Shown here: one piece after another, positions 53,735-64,000 of the stretch
Layout: each line of letters starts with the position of its first letter
Numbering within the stretch: position 1 is the stretch's first letter
NCBI RefSeq assembly: GCF_009914755.1
Contig: NC_060937.1
Reading direction: 5' to 3' (one strand)
DNA: 64,000 bases
Source of the DNA: the human T2T-CHM13v2.0 reference genome, Homo sapiens
Position numbers and translations under genes: made by a program
The notes under the pieces: model-generated
The model's database searches: none
What the model saw: only the letters and a program-made list of their open reading frames with translations
What the model was told of the DNA's origin: nothing

Positions 53735-55477
53735 AAAAGATTAACATCATACATGTTTGAAAACAAATGACTATGAAGACAAACATCACCTCATTTGATC
53801 TTCAAACATGACCCAGGAAGGTTCGAGTACTCTACATAGTTTTCTCCATTTTACTGATAAGGCAAACTAATTATTAAAAGTAGTGTACATATTCCCCCAA
53901 GCCCTTCACTCTGGCCTTGAATCCTGTTTCACAATGGTCCAAAAAGACTTTCCACTGACAATTATTTAAATTTTATCTACTTTAAAAATGAAGGCATTCA
54001 TTCAAACACATAGGAGGGCCTACTATGTGCCAGGGCTATGTGTGCATTAACCCAATCTCTGCCCTTCTGAGGACAGACTGTAAACTTTCTGGGTAATTCT
54101 GTGCAAATGACTATTCATTGCCTATTTGCTTCTCTCAACCACAGCAAGGGAAAATATTAACCCTTACTGAGAAACAAAATGTAGCATATCTGACACTTGC
54201 CTAAAAAAAAAAAAGTGAGTAAAATTAAAAACAAAATTAACAAACCTCACCACATATGTACATACAAATATGTTATTTTCAATATACAACAAAATGAAAT
54301 TTAGAAATTCACAAACTATAAGACAGGGTATCGTCTCCAAGGAGCACTTCACAATATTATCTTAGAAAACCCATTCACAATCTCGTGCTACACAGCTTTA
54401 TAATCAACCGTTTCAGAGAATGTGCTGCTTTTAATTTATGTCTATTGTAACAATTATTCCATCTAACTTTTATCAATTAACAGCATTTTCCTGCTTCAGA
54501 ATCTTCTCTAATAACACTCTGTATTTCAAGCCTTTCCCAACAAAGAGGTTTTATTTATTTATTTTTTTTACTCTGTACTCCAAGGAGTATTGGTTTCTGC
54601 CTAGAATTATAGGTATGACACATAAAACAAATGTATTCCTTTAAGACATGTACAAACCTAATGTTTATAAATTAGCACTACTCTATAAATGCATGATGGG
54701 AAATGCTACTTAAAATAATCCTTAGAAAAAGAAATATTAAGTATCTAATAAATCTTTTTTAAAATTAAAATAACATTTATTATAACATTAATAAAATAAA
54801 TGTTATTTTATTAATTTAAAAAGTCTGATGATACAGTAAACAAGAGTATAAGGAAAAACAGTTCTTAACCACTGTTTGTAGAAAGCTAAATTTTGCCTAA
54901 TTGCTCTTCAAAAAGTATTACTGCTTTTGTCCTAGAAATTCCACTTCTGGGAATTTTACCATATAGATATACAATTACATATTAATGTTCATTGCTACAT
55001 TCAAATAGTGAAAAACTGGAAACCATCTCAATATTCTTCTATAGAGAACTGTCTACATAAAATATAGTCCATCGAACAGAAATCTATGTCATGGTTTTTT
55101 AAAAATAGGTGAATTTACATGTATTGACGTGGAAAGACTTCCATGATGTTAAAAAGAAAAAAAAGTTGCAGAACTGTATTAAGACAGTCCTCTTTATCTA
55201 AGAGAGGAAAAGAACTACACTTCTATACTTTGCTACTAATGTTTGTATCCAGCAGATACTACTTTTAGGAAAAACTAAATTCAAGAATCCACTTCAAATG
55301 GTCTCTACAAAAGCAAATAAAATAATAGCGAATGCTGATGATTCCATAATGACAGATAACTTCTTTAAATGACTAGATCACACCACTTCATTTATTGTTT
55401 TTCCTTTATTTTAGAAGGGATATATCTGTGCCAGCCAAGTCATCCTGATTTCAACTAGGCAAAAATAAAACCGAACC

Positions 55478-55779
55478 CACCCTGGCACAATGGCTCATAC
55501 CTGTAATCCCAGCACTTCGGGAGGCCGAGGCAGGTGGATCACGGGGTCAAGAGATTGAGACGATCCTGGACAACACGGTGAAACCTCATCTCTACTAAAA
55601 ATACAAATATTAGTTGGGCGTGGTGGCATGCACCTGTAGTCCCAGATATTCAGGAGCCTGAGGCAGAAGAATCGCTTGAGCCTGGGAGGCGGAGCTTTCA
55701 CTGAGCCAAGATCGCGCCACTGCACTCCAGCCTGGCGACGGAGCGAGACTCTGTCTCATATTTAAAGAAAAAAAAAAAA
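55478..55779 (+). mobile_element. Alu (AluS-like)
   Basis: Dimeric Alu with poly-A. Confidence 0.9.
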
Positions 55780-56016
55780 GAACCTAACCACCACTTACCT
55801 AAGAACAAAATTCCATATTCTGGTCTCTAAAAATGCTAAGTCCACCACGTAACAACCTTATAGTCACCATCAGTTCAATGTGTCTAACATCAATCCTCCC
55901 TGCTGCAGTATAAATCTACTTCTAGTTCATTCATTTGTTCACTCAGTCAATAGCTTGATACCATGGACTGAACTCTGTCAGATACAGGATACGATGACAA
56001 ATTAAAACAGCAGCCA

Positions 56017-56188
56017 GTGTGCACCTGTAGTCCCAGCTACTCAGGAGGCTAGGGTGGGAGGATCACTGATGGGAGGATCCCTTGAGCTCGGGAGGTGGAG
56101 GTTGCAGTGAGCCAAGATCTGCGGCAACTGCACTCCAACCTGGGTGACACGGTGAGACCCTGTCGGGAAAAAAACAAACAAAAAAAAA
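56017..56188 (+). mobile_element. 5'-truncated Alu right arm
   Basis: 13-bp TSD aaaacagcagcca (56004-16 / 56185-97); internal repeat of tgggaggatc. Confidence 0.85.
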
Positions 56189-57362
56189 CAGCAGCCAAGC
56201 TTGGCCAAAGAAGTCAACAGAGTCATGAGTAAGGAGGCTTAAGCAGTTGTTTCTGGAAACAAAGGGTAATTCTGTATACAGCTGGAACAACTTTCTAGTA
56301 ACCTCCAACCATTTCCCACCTGCCAAGACAAGTAGAGGAGAGAGTTAAGGAGGGGCTAGAGAAGGGAGAGCCTCAGTGGCAGGCACCCATTCCTCTCCAG
56401 CTCACCATTCTGGGCCTGAAAGGTTGTCTGTGGAACCTTTGATAGGAACACCTGGGCCAAAGCACGGAGCCCCTGACTTCTACTCTGGTTAGCGTGCTCT
56501 TATGGAGGGGATTTGCGGGGAAGGCCCTCCTCCCTATTTCCCCCTTTTCATAATTAATTCCTAGGAACCTCACCAGGCTTAGCCCTGCTCACATCAGCAA
56601 ACAGAAACTTTCTAATGTGGGAGAGGAGCGGGCGGAAATGTGCCCTCCAGACTCTGAGCTTTTACCAGTTATGCCTTTTAAAACAGATCTTTTTCCCCTC
56701 TCTGCCTGTCTGAAACATAGAAGAATCAAAGAAACAGGTTTTCCAAAGTCATGATTTCATTCTACATTGTACAGAATGTACTCTGCATTGTGTAAGAAAT
56801 GTAAAAAAAAAAAAAAAGAAATGTAAAATATAAGCAAACAAATCTGCTAGGCATAAACAGCAATTTTTAAATGTTTTATTCATAGCAGCGGCCTTTCTGA
56901 ACAACGTGCCACCTAAAAGCTAACTTTCCATTCACTATGAATTAGCAGTTTTCCAATACTTTCAAAACTCTATTTTGCCCAGTGTATTAAATAATACTTC
57001 AGTGTTCCAATGGAAAAGCAAGGACTTGTCATCAGACGGACCTGGGATTAAATTTTTCAGGAAACCTAAGCTCTCACTCAGCTTTCTCGTCTGTTAAAGG
57101 TGGACTGATGATACCTACTAAAGTTGTTAAAATGATTAAGTGACAAGAGTAAGGTTCCTACCATATACCAAGTGCTAAATGTTAGTTCTCAAGGTGCAAA
57201 GCTGATTTATAACAGACTTTGAGTCACAATTGAAATTAACTTTTGGGTTGGTTTTTATAATCATAAACCAGCTACTGCAAATTTCTTCTATTTAAGGATA
57301 ACTAAATTCTTTCTAAAAATTAATCCTAAATTTAAAAGTGGAACTGCAATAAAAAATGATTA

Positions 57363-57779
<417 letters not shown>

Positions 57780-57943
57780 TTAAAAATATACATTATGTAA
57801 ACATAAACATACATACACGTATACACATTCATATTTGTTGGGAAAACGACTGCTTTTTCTTTATACTTTTTTGTATTCTCCTCGTTCCATCGTAAATTTG
57901 TTTTTTATATAGAGTATATGTTACTTTTATAATCAGAGCTTTA

Positions 57944-58262
<319 letters not shown>

Positions 58263-59984
58263 AAGGAAAAATAGAGTTGCAACTGTGCTCAGATAGATTA
58301 CTGGGTTATCACAGTCCTGTCCAGACCTTCAGACAACACATCAAACATATCTCAGAGTTGGAAATTCTTCTGAAAAAGCATAATTTTGGCAGAAGTAACA
58401 CTATTTTGCATTTGCATGATAATCTACAAAGTGCTTTCACAATCATATGAGGCAGGATTTATCATCCACTTTGCAATGAAGAATCTAAAGGAGAGTGTCC
58501 AAGACTCACCTGCCCAGGTCCCACAACTTGTGTTGGGTCTGCACTCAGATCCCCTCCACCAAGGCCTCTTCCCCAGCCCTCCTTTCTGAAGAGGCTCCCC
58601 TAGTCAGCTTCAGGTCGCCCCACTAGTCACAGATTGGTGCTGGCCTTAAAAATCACCAGCACACGTCATATCTCAAAACTTCAGATATAGGCTGGAAATT
58701 GTAAAGTAACAGTTTGGACATTTTTTAAAAATGCCTCAAGCATTTTCACCCCAACATATTTAGTATTTCACTATTTTAAACACATGGCTAAAAGTATAAA
58801 TGTTCACCGTATATTGTATAAACCGGCAACATATGAAAAGGCTGATTAAAAGATTAAACGCTCTGTCACTCTTTAAAATTCTAAGTGATTTAACACATTA
58901 GTTTAGCTACTGGCTTAATACAGTTTAAAGAGACATAAAATGAAATTTATAAAACTACTTTAGAAAACAAAGTAATTAAAATTGTATCTATCACCTCACT
59001 TCCCTCCCCTAAAACCACTCGAACCTCTGTGTAGAAGCTACCCAAACGGGCAGCCACTGAATAATTCTACATTTCATATTTTTAAATTTGCCTAGGAAAA
59101 AACTTTAAAGGAGTCTCTTGGAAATTTCCACAAATTCAGAACACCAAAAAACACTTTTAATATTTTAAAATAAATACCTCCGAGCATAGTTATATCCTTG
59201 GTTAAAAACCTGATAGCAAAATGCAGAATCTTTAAATACTCAAAAGGAGTTTCTGTCTTCAATATCCAAGTACCCTGTGATTTCAACGTATGTAAATCTC
59301 TTGCATAGCACATTTGAAAGTTCTTTTCACAAAATTTCCTTTAGTCTTTGGGACTTTAACCAATGAACAGCACAAAAATAAGTCTTAGAGGAAGCAAAGT
59401 ACTTATGAAACCTTCCTTTGTATCTAACTAGTAAATGCCTTCAAAAGTTGTTTTTTATTTTCGTCTGACTAGGTCAATGAAGAAGACCCTGTACACACCA
59501 CCAGTCTGCTCAGAAATGCTGCTAAAAGGCACCATTTTTACAAAACGTTATACTGTCTTACTTTTGGACATGACCTAACCTTTGGAGTAACAAAACTTCA
59601 ACTTGCTTAAGAAAAGGAACTTCATTTTGCAGCATTTTCAAAATGTTTAGTTAAAATGTACAGATTAACAAAATAAGGTATACACTATAAAACATATTAG
59701 TAAAAAGAAGGAAGGATTCATTTTTGTTTGACTTGCATTGTGGAAAACTTTTGCTTCATAGAGTCTTACAAAATATTCTGAAAATAAAAAGCAACAAAAC
59801 CCAAACTTCCAAGCCATGGTGTAATTAATCAGCTTGACTCCTGCCAGGTGCTACATTCACACTCTCATTCCGCTCCCCAGACCTCTCCCCAATATCCCAC
59901 ACAAGAGACATGGAGAGAAACCTCCATCTTTAAAATGGGTCCAGGCCCTTCCAGGCTTTTTAGCCCATCTGCAATTGCACTGAC

Positions 59985-60221
59985 CTGACTGGAACTCATT
60001 TCCCAGGTTCCATTCAAAACTCTCTGTGGAAATTCTCCTTCCTCTGACGGTGGAGTGCCTTCCTCCACAGTAGACACTGGCCTGGCTGAATGCCTAACCC
60101 CAGGGCTCTTCCTAAAGGACCACTGCTTGTGGACAGACAGCAGGGTCACATGTTGGTCACTCAGAGTTGCCAGGAAGGACTGCTCGGGGCTCTGGGGCAC
60201 ATCACCCCTGGCTTTCTCTAT
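59985..60221 (-). other. ATP7B: Candidate alternative 5' coding exon of ATP7B (79 codons, ATA at ancestral start, phase-0 donor CAG|GTCAGT)
   Basis: Open frame IEKARGDVPQSPEQSFLATLSDQHVTLLSVHKQWSFRKSPG...EEGEFPQRVLNGTWEMSSSQ then GTCAGT; joins exon 2 (ILSKL) in frame; resembles recalled sheep ATP7B long N-terminus; true 5' boundary unknown. Confidence 0.7.
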
Positions 60222-60436
60222 CGCTGAGTTCACGGCCACGGCTTCCCTCCTCACTAAAGCAGTTCACCTTCAGCAGACTATTTGGTTGTGTTAGAGAGAA
60301 ATGCTTTAGAAGTGTCCTCCTAATTAGCAAGGGGAAGACACCCTTCTACTCCTGACCCAGCCCAGGAGAGGCTGCCAGCAGTCTTCAGCCTGGCAGCAAG
60401 CTTTGGGAACTTGGGCAGGCTGCACAGTACTGCACC

Positions 60437-60637
60437 TATTTGCTTTTGTTTATCTACAACCGTCCCAGCACTTGGCACCCTCTCACTCAACACACTGTGT
60501 GCAGCACTGCAGATCTTTGCACACAGCCCATGCACACCCTCACCCAGTGCACACTGGACACCCGGCCAAGGTGTCCATGAGCACAACATGTAATCACTTG
60601 CCAGAGTGCAGCAGTTTCCTTTTGGCCATGTGCACTC
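60437..60637. promoter_or_regulatory. Putative metal-responsive promoter/enhancer: 6 MRE cores plus FOXA/GATA motifs
   Basis: TGCRCNC at 60497-503(-), 60518-24, 60531-37, 60548-54, 60604-10(-), 60631-37; TATTTGC 60437-43, TGTTTAT 60447-53, TTATCT 60450-55. Confidence 0.55.
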
Positions 60638-63600
60638 CTAGAAACCCAGTCTAGAGGCAGGAGAGATATGCCACTTCCTTTTATTACCAAACTGCTAGCA
60701 CTTTCTTGGAATTGCTTCAGCTGCCTCTTCCACAGCTCCAATGTTGGCAGCGTGCAGAATACTTGGTGAGAGAAGTATTTCCTAGGCAACATGACTTGTA
60801 TTTTCAAGAAGGTGTAAGAAAGTTCCATGTTTCCTGTAGCTTTGTTTTCCCTTGGACCAAAGGCTTGACTTCAGTAAGAACTGACTGCACAAACTGGCTA
60901 ACAAGGCTCATCTGTTTAAGCAGCACCACGGCCAGGAACTAAGGCACAATTCAGGCTTCTCAGGCTACCTGCTGTTCCACATGGGGATTAATAGGAGGAG
61001 ACACACGACACTGTGGTAATTCCAGCAGCAGCCTGCTCTGTCGGGCAGCGCTGCCTCCATTCCCACCCCACCACTCGGGGACCAGAAGGAGAGACCACAT
61101 CCCCCATGGCAGGAACAGCTCCACCACAGCCACTAATTCCAGCCATACCTCCTGCTGCAAGTGAGTGTGGAATTGAATTCAGGGTAAAATGATCACTCTG
61201 TCTCTCCGTGTTATTCTTCACAGCAGAATGTACCAGCAGGGGGTCACTAAGGTGTGCACCCAGTGAGGGCACTCAGAACACATGCCCAAGGTCACTGAAG
61301 GCTGCCTCCTCATAGGTTGCCCACAGTGACGCTTCCTCCCCCATTAACACTGTCATCCCTGCCCCAAGAACTCCTGACTGAGAGATCTGTTCTCTTTGAG
61401 GAAAGGCAACACCAAGGCTGGTCCATGCACCAAAGCCCCTTCGTGCCTGCTTTATCCTGCTGCTTCTTACCACACTTGTGGCGGTTGCTATCACTTCTAA
61501 AGCACACGCTGAGCAACCAACTCCTCCAAAATGTGTCTGGGTTTGTTTCTTATCTCCTAAGTGCTCAGCCAAAAAACAAAGAACCTGCCTCAATTTCCAA
61601 GAAATGTCATTCAAACCCATTTTCATCAAAGGAAAGGTATATTTGATGCTAAAGGCCTTGAGCCCCAACCCTAGCCTCCCTGCCAGAGGCCAGCACTGTG
61701 GGGCTGTGCAGCTGCCTCTATGGGAGCCCATGTAAATACATCAGGTGCATCTGTGATTGCTTTCTAGTGATTCTTCAGGTCTTGCTTATCTATGTCTCTC
61801 CCTTCCTGAAAGGATCTATCAGGAGCCTCACATGCCCTGCTGACCACCTGACATTTCATTTATGGGGCATCAGAAGTAGATTTTCCAGGTAACTGAAGCT
61901 CATCGCTTTGAGCATTAGATTTTTTAAAAATTTTGTCATTCTGGGTGAAAATATTCCCCATAAGTGACATCTATTTTTCCGCTGCCTTTTAAAGTGAGTT
62001 ATTGAACATATTTTAACTTTTCCTTGGTGACATGAGATCATTATAAATATAAATGCTTCTTCTGTGCTGTGCCTATGAATAGCTAATAAGGAAAATATGT
62101 TGGGATCATATGTCCCACATGCTTTTAAATAATCTATTCTGTTAGCTCCATGAAATTGAAATACTTCACCATTCAAACCATTTCTAGATGGTGGCTCAGA
62201 CCCAGAAGACAGCCAGAAAAGGGGGCTGGGGCCAGGTTAGAAAGGGCAGAGTCTAGACTTTGTCCTGTGGGTGGTGTAGAATCACCAGGAGTTTCTGAGG
62301 AGAGAACTCACAGAATCATATTTGTGATCTGGAAACAGTTTGGGCAGAAACAAGAATGAAGACCCAGGAGAGGAGGGATTACAAGGGGCAGAAAATTTAA
62401 TAGTAGAATACGATTAAACAAACGAGGAGGCCTCCCAACTCAGTGACTGCTGGATCACAGCAGGTGACAAAAAGTGGGGGCCTGAGGATGACAATGCCAT
62501 TTCCAGTTTCGCAGATTGAGCACATGGTGATGAGTACACCAAGATGAGCGGGGAGGGTGGGAAGAAGGCAAGTCTGGGGTAAACACAGTGGCTTCTCCTT
62601 TGCTCCCATAGAATCTAAGAGACGTGTGGAACAGCCAAGGCATGGGCCACCTTCCTAGGCTACAGTATTAAGTCCAAACTCCTCTTTCTAGCACCTTCCC
62701 CTTTCCTCACACCTGACCCTGGCTTCCCTGCTCCTCCCCTTCCCGGCACCATCTAATCCTTCTTATCCTTTAAGTCCTGCCTCTCTGTGGAATCCTGCTA
62801 GCAGCTCTCTCCCTTATCTGAATTCCAGCATCACTAATGTCAACATCAGGGTGCCAGCAGGTGGTCAGCCTGTAACACTGCTGGAGGACAAGTCTTCTCT
62901 GTCCACCGAGGCTGCAGTCAGCTCAGTCCACACTTGTTACTGATGCCTATGGGCATGTGCTCACTTTGGGAAACGTGGTCAGATCCTGGAACACAAGGAT
63001 CTCATATCTTAGCTGCCCACAGACCTAACATGGTGATGAACAATATCAGACATTAAATAAGTATATTTAAGCAGTTAAATATTTACATATTTACATTTGA
63101 ATAAGTATATTTAACCATATTTAAATAAATGAGTTCAATTATATACTGCTCAGAATGTGCTTTCTACCTAGAATTTCATGGTACTTTTTGTCCCCCTTAC
63201 CACAACACAAGGGCAAACTCTATCAGTCCCTCACATATTTCTTCTAGGTCTTCAAGGATTTCCTTGCACTAGATTATTCTGTCTTCCATATGTACAAATT
63301 TCACGAGCCATTTTCCAGAAGAAAATTCATCTTCTTTACCTCCTATTCGCCTTCCCAGTCTGTGGATTTTTCCTGTATAAAAATAAATATCTCTTTGGTG
63401 TCCTAAACAATCTTGTTGCAACCTGAGAAGCCTGGGCCCAAAGGCAGATGGGCAGCTCATGTTTCCATGAACCTCCAGGACAAAGGGCTCTTTGGAGGAG
63501 GGACATCTGGTTAAAATATTTCAGCACTCACAAACATTACCTGCTCAGTCCAGCTAGAGGCTCACACTGGGCAGGGCTTCCCAGACGAAATCCCCAGGCC

Positions 63601-64000
63601 ATCCCTCCCAAGATGGGGAGAGGAGTCCCGGATCCTGTGACAGGACAGGAGGGCAGAGCCTGACATTAAAGCTGCATATGTTGGGTTCCCAAGAAGAGAA
63701 CATGAGCACTGCAAACAGCACAGCCACCAACAGTCAGGGCTCTAGCAGCCCAGCCTTCAGAACAGAGGGGAGTGTTAACCAAAGCAGATTATTCACAGCC
63801 TGAGAGCCGTATTTAAGTGTATGCACAACAGAAGACCAGGAGAGGAGCACAAGACACATACTGCCCTTGGAAGTTTACTGGCAAGTTAGGAGAGAAGAAC
63901 AGTAGCAAAGAGCAGTATTCAAAGTCTGAATTCCTCAAACACTAGGTGCTGGGAGCGGGGGAGGGAAGGACTGGTGGGCTTTAACAGAGGCTTGGCTTCT

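Noticed and set aside
60254-60280. Cryptic intron-1 exon as an in-frame cassette between exon 1 and exon 2
   Set aside because: Nearest AG (TTTAG|TGA) would put a stop first in the exon-1 frame, an in-frame TGA lies at 60266-64, and pyrimidine tracts are poor; a first-exon model fits better
61233-62870. CTCF-like CCAGCAGGGGGTC (61233) and CCAGCAGGTGGTC (~62854)
   Set aside because: Both miss the conserved GGC 3' core position; unsupported without ChIP data
63055-63125. Direct repeat aataagtatatttaa
   Set aside because: Low-complexity slippage in an AT-rich L2-like tail

Overview
Human genomic DNA spanning most of ATP7B (Wilson disease Cu-transporting P1B-ATPase) on the minus strand. Coding exons 2-20 are all present with GT-AG boundaries, and their lengths match the canonical cDNA. 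Exon 1 lies beyond the right edge and exon 21 beyond the left edge. Introns carry many Alu/MIR/L2/DNA-transposon/MaLR fossils, a full-length decayed L1PA with TSDs (47294-53734), and an antisense FABP5 retrocopy with an intact 135-aa ORF (intron 4). The most interesting signal is in intron 1 at ~60 kb. There, an open 79-codon exon-like segment ends in a phase-0 donor in frame with exon 2 and resembles (from recall) the 79-aa alternative N-terminus of sheep ATP7B, but has ATA where the start ATG would be. Immediately upstream lie six metal-response-element cores (TGCRCNC) in 141 bp and a FOXA/GATA composite. Together these suggest a candidate metal-responsive alternative promoter/first exon. 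Also noted: a 333-nt in-frame exitron and a CCCAAAG slippery site in exon 2, a PIRE-like motif cluster in intron 8, and a templated chimeric insertion next to the L1. Repeat family names and known-isoform comparisons are from recall, not database searches.
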